NCBI GenBank assembly: GCA_002269645.1
Contig: NIVC01002222.1
Span: 1 to 64,000, forward strand
Source: Macrostomum lignano
Taxonomy: Eukaryota
Reading direction: 5' to 3'
Length of the DNA stretch: 64,000 nucleotides
The notes under the pieces were generated by a model, which did no database searches, was not told the DNA's origin, and saw only the letters and a list, made by a program, of their open reading frames with translations. A program made the translations under genes and the position numbers. Of the stretch, positions 41,501 through 59,208 are shown in pieces. Position 1 is the stretch's first letter, and each line of letters starts with the position of its first letter.

Positions 41501-44500
41501 CTCACGGGAGCTATTCCTGTCCTTGGCGGCGCATGCAGCCGTGTCAGTTGCCGCGGCCGCCATCTCCGCCGGAGTCAGGCGAGCCCGCAGGCTGGCCCGA
41601 TCGGTGCAGCGGCCGGTCCCGTCCGCCGAGGTCGACCAGATGCACAGAGGGTCGGCCAGGCGTCCGCAGGCCGCGCAGCCGCCGTTGCCATCTTCGCAGC
41701 GGGTCAGCGGCAAGGCTGAGACGCCGTCGGGACTGACGGCGAGAATTCGGCGATGCCTCAGTAGGAGGGACTCGACCGGCTGGCCGGGCGGCAGAACCTG
41801 CAGCGTCTCAACGGCCGTAGGCAGAGTTACGTTGGCGCTCGCAGAGAGGCGAGTCACTTCGCCTGTGTCTGAGGGATGAGACCGATTCTGGAGCTGCTCA
41901 CTCAGCCGGGAGAAGTGCTGGCTAAATTTCTAGCTTGTTCACATGGTCTCTGGTTCACTGTCTCTCTCTAGTTCACTGTCTCTCTCTGGTTCACTGTCTC
42001 TCTCTGGTTCACTGTCTCTCTCTGGTTCACTGTCTCTCTCTAGTTCACTGTCTCTCTCTGGTTCACTGTCTCTCTCTGGTTCACTGTCTCTCTCTGGTTC
42101 ACTGTCTCTCTCTGGTTCACTGTCTCTCTCTAGTTCACTGTCTCTCTCTGGTTCACTGTCTCTCTCTGGTTCACTGTCTCTCTCTGGTTCACTGTCTCTC
42201 TCTAGTTCACTGTCTCTCTCTGGTTCACTGTCTCTCTCTGGTTCACTGTCTCTCTCTAGTTCACTTTCTCTCTCTGGTTCACTGTCTCTCTCTAGTTCAC
42301 TGTCTCTCTCTAGTTCTATGTCTCTTTAGTTCTCTCTCTAGTTCACTGTCTCTCTCTAGTTCACTGTCTCTCTTTAGTTCACTGTCTGATTCTAGTTCAC
42401 TCAACCTCTCCTCTGTCATTTATTATTTTACCTCACATTACAGCACAACTGTAGTTTAAATCTAAATATTTTCTAGAATTAATTTTTTCCATAAACTGCA
42501 ACAGAAATCCAGGGCAGCCCTTGCCCAAATAGTGCCCCAACAACAACTGGCCTGGGTGCAGGAGTTCAAACATTTTTCTTATTCTCTGGTAGCTATGGCA
42601 GGCAGACAGCCCTGGACAAGTTGCACTGGATAAATATGAATACAGTTATATAAAAAAGATGCGCTCAGCCAAAAACAGAAACCATAACACTCATGGCTTC
42701 ATGAGTGTGGAACTCATGGCTTCTGCTCGCAGCAATGAGTAGCAAACGCTGGGTCAGCTGCTTTTAATGTTGATGGAGCGGCGCCTAGAAACAGACGTGC
42801 CGCTCCGCCGGTTGAGAGCTCAGCTCAAGTGTAGGTAAGATTCGAGCGCAGGCCAGTGCGCTGAGAAATTCGAAGAGCACTCCTCCCTGCCGAGATGCTA
42901 TCGCTGACTCATCGAGGCCAGAGAGAGAGAGAGAAAAATGAGACTGCGAGATCGGCGCAGAGTTTCTGGCCTGGGAGTGAGAGTAAGGCGGGGCTGGGGC
43001 CACCGCGCCTGCGGCTGGGGCCACTACGGCGATAAGGAAAAGATAGGCGGGCCCAGAGTGGCTCCGGTCTCACTGTTGTCTTTCTAAAGCAAGCAGGCCT
43101 TACTGAATTTTTCAACTACAATTATAGTAAACTAAAATGCTCTAAGCTAGGTTTTTTTCTATCGGTTTAGGCAAAAGTGCTGCTTTGTTAAAAGGCAAAC
43201 TGACACAGAGCCAAAGGCGTCGAATATAGCCTCATTCACCCCAGCCTCATTCACCCCAGCCCCATTCACCCCAGCCCCATTCACCCCAGCCCCATTCACC
43301 CCAGCCTCATTCACCCCAGCCCCATTCACCCCAGCCCCGCTCACCCCATCCAACGAGCAGCTGGTCGGTCTCCACCCCGAGCTTCTCCGCCTTCGTCAGG
43401 AGCGTCAGAGCGGTCGGCCGCCTGTCGATCGCAGCCTGCGGCGGCAGCACCGTCAGCGCCTCGGCCAGCATCGGCAGAGCCAGCAGGGAGGCCATCCTGG
43501 CCACCAGCAGGTCGCTCAGGCGGTTCCGCTGCGCATCCTCCGGCGTCCAGGAGCAGTTGAACGGCTCCGACACGTCGCTGCGCCGACGGAAGTTCTCCCG
43601 CGACAGGCGGCTGGCCAGCAAGGGCGACTGCCAGCTCCGCCGGCTCAGCTCGATGAAGTCGCCGTCGCCAGTCAGCAGGCGCTCGGCGTCGGCCAGACGG
43701 AAGCGGCAGACGGCGCGGAAGCCGCCGGTTGGCGAGTTTTGCGGGGCGAACAGGCCGATGAACTGGCCGTCAGAGACCGGCGTTGCCAGCTCTGTGGTTT
43801 GGAAGAAGTTCAAATTTTAATTCGCTTTTGGTCCCGAGAGTGCCAGTTTGAGTTTGCTGAGCGTCATTTCGAGTTCGTTGAGGTGTCATTTTGAGTTCGG
43901 TGAGGTGTCATTTTGAGTTCGGTGAGGTGTCATTTTGAGTTCGGTGAGTGTCATTTTGAGTTCGGTGAGTGTCATTTTGAGTTCGGTGAGGTGTCATTTT
44001 GAGTTCGGTGAGTGGCATTTTGAGTTTGTTGAGCGTCATTTTGAGTTCGGTGAGGTGTCATTTTGAGTTCGGTGAGGTGTCATTTTGAGTTCGGTGAGGT
44101 GTCATTTTGAGTTCGGTGAGGTGTCATTTTGAGTTCGGTGAGGTGTCATTTTGAGTTCGGTGAGTGGCATTTTGAGTTTGTTGAGCGTCATTTTGAGTTC
44201 GGTGAGGTGTCATTTTGAGTTCGGTGAGGTGTCATTTTGAGTTCGGTGAGGTGTCATTTTGAGTTCGGTGAGTGGCATTTTGAGTTTGTTGAGCGTCATT
44301 TTGAGTTCGGTGAGGTGTCATTTTGAGTTCGGTGAGGTGTCATTTTGAGTTCGGTGAGGTGTCATTTTGAGTTCGGTGAGGTGTCATTTTGAGTTCGGTG
44401 AGTGTCATTTTGAGTTCGGTGAGGTGTCATTTTGAGTTCGGTGAGGTGTCATTTTGAGTTCGGTGAGGTGTCATTTTGAGTTCGGTGAGGTGTCATTTTG

Positions 44501-47500
44501 AGTTCGGTGAGGTGTCATTTTGAGTTCGGTGAGTGGCATTTTGAGTTCGTTGAGGTGTCATTTTGAGTTCGGTGAGGTGTCATTTTAAATTCGGTGAGGT
44601 GTCATTTTGAGTTTGCTGAGCGTCATTTTGAGTTCGGTGAGTGTCATTTTGAGTTCGGTGAGGTGTCATTTTGAGTTCGGTGAGGTGTCATTTTGAGTTC
44701 GGTGAGGTGTCATTTTGAATTCGTTGAGGTGTCATTTTCAGTTCGGTGAGTGGCATTTTGAGTTCGGTGAGGTGTCATTTTGAGTTCGGTGAGGTGTCAT
44801 TTTGAGTTCGGTGAGGTGTCATTTTGAGTTCGGTGAGGTGTCATTTTGAGTTCGGTGAGGTGTCATTTTGAGTTCGGTGAGGTGTCATTTTGAGTTTGGT
44901 GAGGTGTCATTTTGAGTTCGGTGAGGTGTCATTTTGAGTTCGTTGAGGTGTCATTTTGAGTTCGGTGAGGTGTCATTTTGAGTTCGGTGAGGTGTCATTT
45001 TGAGTTTGAAAAGTGCGAATTTTGAGGTTGGTGAGTTGCCACTTGAGTTCGGTGAGTGCCCTTTTGAGTTCGAAAAGTGGCATTTTGAGTTCAATGAGAG
45101 CCATTTTGAGTTCAATGAGAGCCATTTTGAGTTCAATGAGAGCCATTTTGAGTTCAATGAGAGCCATTTTGAGTTCAATGAGAGCCATTTTGAGTTCAAT
45201 GAGAGCCATTTTGAGTTCAATGAGAGCCATTTTGAGTTCAATGAGAGCCATTTTGAGTTCAGTGAGTGCCATGTTGAATCATAAAACTGCTATATTGGGT
45301 TGTAAAAACGCCATTTCGCATCTTCAGACAAAGGAGTATTTAGCTTAGAACATGGCGACAGCACCGCCTATGCATTTTCCTTAGCAAATAATCTTCTCTA
45401 TTCAGCAAAAAACTCCCAATTCTGGACCACACTCCAGCGTCCAGCATCCTTAATTTCCTGCCAAAATTCCCTAAAAAATTCACGCATTCTCCAAGATCTC
45501 TTTCAGCAGACAATACTAACTGCCCCCCATACGTCTCTTCCAATTTCCAGAAAAGCCTTCACCGCAGCAGAAGACAGACAGAGAAAGAGCCCACAGAAAT
45601 TTCTTGAATGAGCACGACTCTCTCTGTCTGCTTACTCTGTTTGCTTTTTCCGCCTCAAGGCCATATTGCGAGTGTTGACTAGCGGTCCAACACTCGGGCA
45701 CTCATGGTCAGGCGGCTCCCCGAACTCGGGCCTGCAACACTCGAATCGTGTCCAACAGGAAACACCAAAATGCACTAATAGTATATCGCTTTGTCTGATA
45801 TCCCCCCTTATCGGTAACAGCACTATTTATCCCAGCAACACGTTGCAGTGCCTTCATTCAGGCAGTGAGTTGTACTATCGGGCCTAACGGGACTACACGC
45901 AAAGAGATTGTGGTAAATAAAAGCTTACTAATAACTCAATTAGAGAGAAATCTACCTGTTGCACACTTTTTAGCCATGTGTGAGCCCGACTCAGCTCAGA
46001 TAAGAGCGTAGGCCCGCTCTCTGTTACCCTCTCTGCCGGCTCTCTGTTACCCTCTCTGCCGGCTCTCTGTTACCCTCTCTGCCCGCTCTCTGTTACCCTC
46101 TCCGTCCGCTTTTTGTTACCCTCTCTGCCGGATCTCTGTTACCCTCTCTGCCCGCTCTCTGTTACCCTCTCCGTCCGCTTTTTGTTACCCTCTCTTCTGG
46201 CTCTCTGTTACCCTCTCTGCCGGCTCTCTGTTACCCTCTCTGCCGGCTCTCTGTTACCCTCTCTGCCGGCTCTCTGTTACCCTTTCTAACCGCTCTCTGA
46301 TGCCCTCTCTGCCCGCTCTCTGTTCCCTTTCTGACTGCTCTGTTACCCTCTCTGACCGCTCTCTGTTACCCTCTCTGCCCACTCTCGAAAGAGCATTAGT
46401 AGATAGCGCTAGGAGCTGTCCAAGAAGAAAAGTGTAGTTTATTTACATCAGACTGATGAAGCTAGCGCCAGCGAAAACAGGATGAGGCGCAGAGGATTCT
46501 GGGATGATGCGGACAAGTGTCTCTGACCCCCAAGAGGAATTAATTAGCAATAGGTGGATGGAAAAAGGACAAAGAAGGACAGAGATGCGCATTGAGGTCA
46601 GGAGATCAATGATAGATTGATTGATTCCGTGATAGGGAAATCCTGTGAGCAAGCCGCTTCTGTGTGTGGGGGGGGCGATGGGGAGGCATGAAGATCGGTA
46701 GTGCAAGAAAGGTAGACGGGCTGAAAATAGAATCGTCCAGTTTACTGTGTCCCCTGCAGACGGCCGGCGAGCTCGCCGTTACACACAGAAGCAGGGAGCG
46801 ACCGGGCAGAGAGGGATAGGCAAAAATAGGAGAGAGAATTTATTGTGCCGCATTGTATTTTTATTAAATAGAGAGAGAGCGAGAGCCAGGGGAATCGGGA
46901 ATAGGGGCGAGGGGAGGGGGAGAGGTCGCTCCGGGTCGGGTCAGGGGAAAGGCTTCCGCTTGCACTCGCGGCGATTTACGTCGCTGATTCAGGAGCACAA
47001 CAGGCCAGACAGGCCCCAGTTACAGTTACAATGCCCCCCGCCCCTGGTGCAGCGGACTGGACTGGGGGCATGCAGCTGTCAGCTGCCGGCTGAAGCTGCT
47101 GAATTTACGGGCAGGCAGGGGTGAGGAGGAGGAGGGAGAAAGAATGGAAAAAGAGCAGTCGGGGTGAGAGAAACCGGTCAGAGAGGGTAACAGAGAGCGG
47201 TCAGAGAGGGTAACAAAGAGCATCAGAGAGGGTAACAGAGGGCGGTCAGAGAGAGTGCTATAGAGCATCAGAGAGGGTAACAGAGAGTGGTCAGAGAGAG
47301 TGCTATAGAGCATCAGAGAGGGTAACAGAGAGCGGTCAGAGAGAGTGCTATAGAGCATCAGAGAGGGTAACAGAGAGCGGTCAGAGGTTGAGAGAGAGGG
47401 AGAAAGGGACAACGAAACGAACACAAGAGAGAGAGCATCGTCAAAGTTGGAAGTTGTCAACTAGTCAACAGTATTGATTCAATGCCATTAGCTGTAATTA

Positions 47501-49701
47501 GCACTGACCGGCGACATGTATCGAAATTACACAAAGCAGAAGCGCACACCGGTGACTCACCCAGCACGTCGTAATCGACTCCATCGTGCCGGCAGACTAG
47601 CCGGAGCTTAAAGAATGACGTCAGCACGCGGGGGCTGGTCCTGTTGCCGAGGGTCTGGCCAGGGTCGTTCAAACAGATTCGAGCCAGCCGCGTGAATTTT
47701 TGAATCTGAGATTGACGTGAAGTTTGAGCAGTATGTTGGCTAATTGCATACGCGGTAACAATCGGAAAAAAAGCTTCAATAATAAAACCAAAAAAGGCAT
47801 TTTATGAATTCATTTCTAATTAAAGCTCTGTGCTCAAACCAATTCCCAAGGCACTCAGTGGATCAGAGAGACCCTAGTGGGAGCATATGGGACAAGAAAA
47901 TCTGCCTCCAATCCATGCGCAAAAGTTTGTCAAAAAAAGATTGAGCAACAGAAACTTTTTATTGGCTTCTTCTTGCTACAGGAGGGCTCTTTGATTGAAG
48001 AGGAGATCTACCCTAATTTGCTTTTCCTCAGGGAGAACAGCGTATGGGTTGTATGAGAGATTGGCCATATGGAGGGGGCATTGAGCGAAATGAAAGAGCG
48101 GAAAAGGGCGGAAGAGTTGCAGGCAGAGGGCGGAAGGGTTGCAAGCAGAGAGCGGAAGGGTTGCAAGCAGAGAGCGGAAGAGTTGCAGGCAGAGGGCGGA
48201 AGGGTTGCAAGCAGAGGGCGGGAGGGTTGCAAGCAGAGGGCGGAAGGGTTGCAAGCAGATGGCGGGAGGATTGTAAGCAGAGGGTGGAGGAAGGGTTGCA
48301 AGCAGAGAGCGGAAGGGTTGCAAGCCAGAAGTTTCGCTCGGAGAGGGCGGAGCAATAAAAAGATGCGCCAAAGGCGCAATTTCGCTCAATACCTATTCAT
48401 GCGAGCGCGACTCGTTTGCTCACTTTCAATTTCTCTCTCTCTCTCTACCTCTCATTGAAAAGAGCTTAAACTACAGAACTCGCTCTAAACATGACTCACA
48501 TTTTCGCTGGGCTCTCTAACGCTTAGCGGCTGGGGTGACGGCGGTCAGCAAAAGCTGAACTACTGCTCTTTACAGCCCCTGTATCAAATTGCCCCAATGC
48601 CCCCAGGCTCGATCACAAGAAAAGTGGCCGATTGCGCAGAAAGGAAATAAAACCGGGTCCCAAAGCAGAGCGTGATGCCTTGGTCAGGCTATGGCTGTAA
48701 CACGGACTGTGATGACTGTCCCCAGCTCCATGCCAGGTTAATCTGAACTGGTAGGGTGTTAATTAACTTCTCATAGCAAGGCATAGCAAACCTCTGGACC
48801 CATCATCCCCCGGGCTGGCCCACCCAGTCAGTAAACTTTGTTAAAGTTTACTCACAGCTTTCAACAAGGGCACACAAGAGTCCTCTAGGCTAGCATGCTC
48901 ACGCGGAGAGGTGAGACATACTATTTTGCAGGACAGGGCTACTTGGCTAAAGTTATTAAGTAAAGATAGCTTTCATTTTCTTTCCTAGACATCACCATCT
49001 TAGGAGGTGCTGAGTAAGGTACGAGTAGGCACAGGGGCCCTTCATATTTAGAGAACAGCAGTCAGACAGACAGAAAGAAAGAGAAAGACACACTTTGACT
49101 TATCCATCTCGCTTTGGGCCAACTGTCCAACGGCATACTAAAATAGGCCGAGAGAACAAGAGCAATGTAGAAGAGAGAGAGAGAGAGAGAAAGAGAGAGG
49201 GAGAGAGAGAGGCAGCATTTCGGCCCGTGGCGCAACTCGCCATTGCACTACGCGAGATTCCGATGCAATTACTGGGCAATTTCGCATTCGGGTCTCCTCA
49301 TTTTGTAGTGCAAACAAAGGCTTAGTTTGTAGCAAAATCGCATCTGCGAATATTGCCGTAAATGCTGGTCGACTGCTTTAGCCCCGAAATCCGGACTTCT
49401 TCTGCTGCCTTCAGTTCTGAATATGGCATTGAAATTTGCTGCAAGACATTTGCAGCGGCTTCAGCTTTAGTTGCGCATTATGCCCGATGACAGATTTAAT
49501 CAGTGTCAGTTGCGTAACTCTATTGCGCACATGCAATCTCTTTATTAGCGGCTGGCCTGTTGACTGCGATGCGTGGAAAGATTGACAACATGCACTGGGG
49601 TGGGCTGAAGGGCGTGAGAATGGCGAAGTTGAGTTAGGAAGACATGGCACTGAGCAATGAGAAAGAGTCTTAAATGGCCTAGAACACAGACACAGACAGA
49701 A

Positions 49702-49786
<85 letters not shown>

Positions 49787-49793
49787 CTAAGAC

Positions 49794-49838
<45 letters not shown>

Positions 49839-49841
49839 CTA

Positions 49842-49926
<85 letters not shown>

Positions 49927-49947
49927 GGCAGACAGACAGACAGACAT

Positions 49948-49990
<43 letters not shown>

Positions 49991-50019
49991 CATACAGACA
50001 GACAGAAAGACAGACAGGC

Positions 50020-50114
<95 letters not shown>

Positions 50115-50189
50115 AAGACAGAAAGACAGACAGGCAGACAGACAGACATACAGACAGACATACAGACAGACAGGCAGACAGACAGACAT

Positions 50190-50224
<35 letters not shown>

Positions 50225-50241
50225 CATACAGACAGACAGAA

Positions 50242-50338
<97 letters not shown>

Positions 50339-51310
50339 GGCAGCCCACCTGGACCAGTCCGGACCGCTCGGTATTGACAGTTTCCACATAGTTGCTGGTC
50401 TCGGCCGCTGGCTCGGTGTACACGGCGTACATCCTGTCTCTGACCTCGTGCATAACGTGGGCGCGGGCGCCGCGCGCCATCCACAGAGCGCGGCTGCGGC
50501 GCGAGTACAGATCGGCTGTGGTGAAGCCGATGTCGGCAAACTCGGGCCCGGTCAGCTCCACCAGGTCGGTGGCCTCGCGAATCGGCGGCAAGGCGGCGAA
50601 GAAGACCCGCGAATTGCCGCGGCTCAATCGAAGCGACACCGGCGGCGGCTGCGACTTCTTTGACGGCGCTGGCGGCAGGAGGAGCGCGCTGATCTGCCGG
50701 TTCACCGGAGCAGCCGCGGAGTGTCGCCAGACTCTGCCGGCGCTGGCGCTGCCTCGGTCGAACCGGCGGCAGACCCGGCTGTCACCGTCGCCGACAATCG
50801 CGCAGACGAAGGCGGCGCCGCTGCCGGAGTGGCCGGGGAAGAAGAGGCTGCGCACCAGGCCGCCGCTGCCACCGGTTGGCCAGGCCGCCACCTTGGCGAA
50901 GTCCGAGATGTTGCTCGTCCGAAGCTCGTACACAGCGTCCCTTGAAATTTTCGAAATGATCATCGCTAGATGCGTCAGCATAAGACGCGAACCCCTTGAA
51001 CCACGAGGTCTCACCTGCCACCCAGGTACAAGCGATCTCCATCTTCAGCCACCAGGGACAGACTCTGGCCAGGCAGAGACAAATGCTCAACTGTGCCAAG
51101 CAGGTCTAAAATAAAATTGAATTTCGATGTTTTCCTTGGAATTTTCCTAGGCCTGTTAAGTAAGTTCATGAAAAAGCTTAGGATGAAATAAAGTTGCTCA
51201 CCTTTCTGCGAAAGGATCCTCATGCTTTTAAGCTGACAATTACACGAAGCTAATGCAATTAAATGGCCAATCAAATTGACCAAGAGAATGGAATGCTTGC
51301 AGTGAAACAT
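37797..51310 (-). CDS. Transmembrane semaphorin (signal peptide, Sema, PSI, TM, cytoplasmic tail; no Ig domain seen), 7 exons, about 864 aa
   Basis: Exons 51310-51202, 51105-51015, 50940-50349, 47705-47561, 43791-43345, 41868-41506 and 38644-37797; all GT-AG and phase-consistent, 2595 nt. Motifs: hydrophobic N-terminus [43 protein letters not shown]...[43 protein letters not shown]...C and [26 protein letters not shown]. Confidence 0.85.
38795..39155. repeat. 31-bp minisatellite (ccccagagattagactgtcactctctcagat)
   Basis: Read directly; last semaphorin intron. Confidence 0.94.
39755..40162. repeat. CT-rich composite minisatellite (31-bp units changing to 25-bp units)
   Basis: atctcttctcagcatctcctgtgctctcttc followed by tctccagtgctctcctctccctgca. 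Confidence 0.92.
41105..41482 (+). repeat. Interstitial telomere-like hexamer array (CTAGGG/TTAGGG)n
   Basis: Mixed CTAGGG, TTAGGG and CTAGAG units, ending about 25 nt from the semaphorin donor at 41505. Confidence 0.93.
41947..42398. repeat. 18-bp minisatellite (tctctctctggttcactg)
   Basis: Read directly. Confidence 0.96.
43226..43347. repeat. 15-bp repeat (cccattcaccccagc) overlapping a semaphorin splice donor
   Basis: On the sense strand it reads (ggggctggggtgaat)n, starting at the exon/intron boundary 43345/43344. Confidence 0.9.
43845..45262. repeat. 22-bp minisatellite (ttgagttcggtgaggtgtcatt) grading into a related 21-bp array (gagagccattttgagttcaat)
   Basis: About 52 units at 43845-45006, then about 9 units at 45080-45262 sharing the core cattttgagttc. 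Confidence 0.97.
46017..47385. mobile_element. Inverted pair of 23-bp minisatellite arrays (foldback-like) around about 800 bp of unique sequence
   Basis: Left arm 46017-46385 is (ctctctgttaccctctctgccgg)n and right arm 47175-47385 is (cggtcagagagggtaacagagag)n, its reverse complement. The variant ctctctgatgc/gcatcagagag occurs in both arms. No TSD found. Confidence 0.55.
48095..48325. repeat. 22-bp minisatellite (agagcggaagggttgcaagcag)
   Basis: Read directly. Confidence 0.9.
49697..50340. repeat. (GACA)n microsatellite starting 8 nt after a semaphorin donor
   Basis: Contains CTAA, GAAA, GGCA and CATA variant units. Confidence 0.97.
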
Positions 51311-53808
51311 TTTCTTTTAGCAGGGTTTTTATTTATTTATGAATCTATCGGCCTCCAGTTAATGGTGGCTCAAGCAGCTTTTGTTTTTGTGAATGTTTGC
51401 TGCAAAGTTTGCAAAAATTCATCTTCATTTTATTAGTAAAGTAATTCTAAAGAATGCTTTTATATTTTCGGATGCATAAAAATAGAAAAGTATTATTAAA
51501 ATATGTATTTTTTGAAACTTTTAATAGGTCTAAAAGGAACAAATATGGCTACATACATTAGCCCTAAAATATAGTCTAATTAGTTTGCAGTTAAAATATA
51601 TAACAGAACTATTTATTAAGATTAATTTGATTTAAAATAAGCTAAAAAATAATTAAAATTATTGATATGCTAGATTGCAAAAATATTTTAGTTATGCTCG
51701 ACTAAAATTGTATTTTTGGCATGCCACTTAGTTTGTACAACCAAAATTAAATATAAAGTCTATTGAATAAATCTCTGCTGCAACTTAGATCTGAAAAATT
51801 AAAAGAATATAATTTAGAAATAAAATGCACGAATATTAAGAGTCGATCAATAAGAACTCCAAATAATGTTTGCCTTATCAAAACTGGATTATAATTTCAC
51901 AAGTAACTGTATCATCGCTGCCTACAAACATAATAGCATTAAAATAAATAATATAATGATGAAATTTACTAAGGATGTACCTAAAACATTACCGAGTACA
52001 GCGATTAACCAGAGTTGAGATGCTTTCTTGGCCTTGCCCTTGTGTTCAGCAATCACGAGCACTTGCAAAAGCATGGCTTGCTAGTTCGGTAAAATTGAAA
52101 TGTGAATTTTATAGCCAGTAGACACCGTGCAAGAAAGTAATTTTTGGACTTTTTAGATAGTATCTGATAATCTGAGTTTTTATTCTTCCGAAAAATCGGT
52201 AGCATTTGATAAATAGATCAGCCAACAGAACTAACTTTAACGAGAAGTTGTTATACCATTTATGTGCAACGCGTATTTTCTCGGCTTTTGACACAAAACA
52301 TGCAAGAGAGTCTAAATTCTTAGAAACAGATCATAATGTCTGATCTTCCCTGATAAAAAAGACAGATAATATTCCGCAAACAAGAAAAGTGCTGATTTTT
52401 TTAGACAGGGAGTGCGTAAGTAAAGTTGCATAATGCATACTCCCGGCGCGGTACTGCTGTAGATCGAACTGCCGAATCTGCATTTGAACATACGATTCCG
52501 ATGAATGTGGTGAATTCCGTCTGGACCAAAGCAATCAAAAAACAGTTGGGCTCTTGTGTGGCATTTGTGTAGCCAATGATTATCTCAATTGGGCCATCTC
52601 ACCATTCTTCGATTTTCTTCATGATATGATACGACTGCATGGTGATGCTGCTACGTTAAGTTACATGTGATGCTGAGCTCGGGCCAACTGGTACTGCAAC
52701 TTCTTAACCGTCTTCCCGCTGGCTGAATATTCTTTTCTGCTGCTTTTTTAACTAATTAGAGTGATTAATAAAGTCGCAGTTTCAGCGCGCTCGATCGGTT
52801 TCCATGAGCTCTAGCTAATTTCCGGAGCCAGCCTGGCCCGCTTCAAGTAGCTGCTAGCGGTGGTGGTAGCACAGTTGCAGTGGCGAGGGACATTCCTCGA
52901 CGACCCATCTTAGCAGTACTGGCGGATACAGCTTGTCAGTCTCTGCATCACAATACTTCGTACATGTATAACCACCAGCTTGGTTTCACGGATTACTGTA
53001 CACGTATAGTTGTAGTGACGCAATTGCAACTTTGTCTGGAACCGCATTCCACAGCAAACGCATGGATATAGTTATGGCTAGTAAGGGCTAAGTAGTGTTA
53101 TAATTAAGCTGGATCTATTGAATGTGCACTACATATTCATAATTTTGAAATAGGTCGCCGAAATTGCTGGGCTAGGCTCGGAATTACCCTGGCAGAATAA
53201 TTTGGAACCTGTTCTGCTCTGCTACGGCCCGACCAAGAAGCACCCGCTGGTTGTCGAAGGACAAAAATCGGCTCCTACTGAAGAAGCAGACCTAGCCGAA
53301 TCAGGTGCCACCTGGTGAATCTGCCATTTGGCCATCGAAACATCAACTTTGAATTGAGAACTGCTAGGAACTGACTCGAGTTTAAGTTTTCCAGGCCAGA
53401 TGCTTCCCTTTAATTCCCTTTGCATGAGGAGTTTGGCCTCTCGATAAACGTTTTCTTTCTAAGTTTAAATTCAAACCTGTTTCGATACCCCCTGCTTCTT
53501 TACCCCTTTTCTAGACATCAGGGGTTTTGCCAAAAGAAAAAAATAGTTTGATTCTGGTTGGTTTGTTTGTCTATTTGAAGATTAAAATATGCAAACAAGT
53601 TCTCAGCAAAACTTCAAGTCTAAGTGCCCAGTTATATATTGTCACACTGTATTAAATAAGTGCGCAAGCAGTTTCAATGCATTGATATTGCATAATTAAA
53701 CGTCAAAAATAAACATTCACAATGCAGACAGAATGCTTTTGACAGAAATTTCAAAAGCAAATATATGAAACCATATTAAATAATTTTCTTTGGCAAGCAG
53801 ACTAAACT

Positions 53809-58524
<4,716 letters not shown>

Positions 58525-58569
58525 AAGTTTTTTTGGCGGTTGACTTCTTTCAAAAAATCGTTTTTGAGA

Positions 58570-59208
58570 CGATTCTCCAGGTGGATTTGAAGCAATTCTC
58601 CAATAGTATTGGGACGATTCTCCAGGTGGATTTGAAGCAATTCTCCAATAGTATTGGGACGATTCTCCAGGTGATTTTGGGGCGATTCTCTAAGTGGATG
58701 TGGGGCGATTCTCCACGTGATTTTGGGGCGATTTTCCTAGTGGATTTGGCAATTCTCCACGTGATTTTGGGGCGATTTTCCTAGTGGATTTGGGGCAACT
58801 CTCCACGTGATTTTGGGGCGATTTTCCTAGTGGATTTGGGGTGATTCTCTAGGTCATTTTGGGGCGATTCTCCAGGTGGCATTCGGGACGATTCTCCAAG
58901 TGGTTTCGGGGCGATTCTCGAGGTGGATTTGGGGCGATTATCCAGGTAGATTTGGGGCGATTCTCCAGATGGATTTGGGGCGATTCTCCAAGTGGTTTCG
59001 GGACGATTCTCCAGGTGGATTTGGGGCGATTCTCCAAGTGGATTTGGGTCAATTCTCCAGGTGGATTTGGGACGATTCTCTAGGTGGATTTGGGGCGATT
59101 CTCCAAGTGGTTTCGGGACGATTCTCCAGGTGGATTTGGGGCGATTCTCCAGGTGGATTTGGGGCGATTCTCCAGGTGGATTTGGGGCGATTCTACAGGT
59201 GGATTTGG
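58570..59208. repeat. 23-bp minisatellite (ggatttggggcgattctccaggt), interrupted by the copia element
   Basis: The array resumes at 63789 to about 63880, on the far side of the element. Confidence 0.95.
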
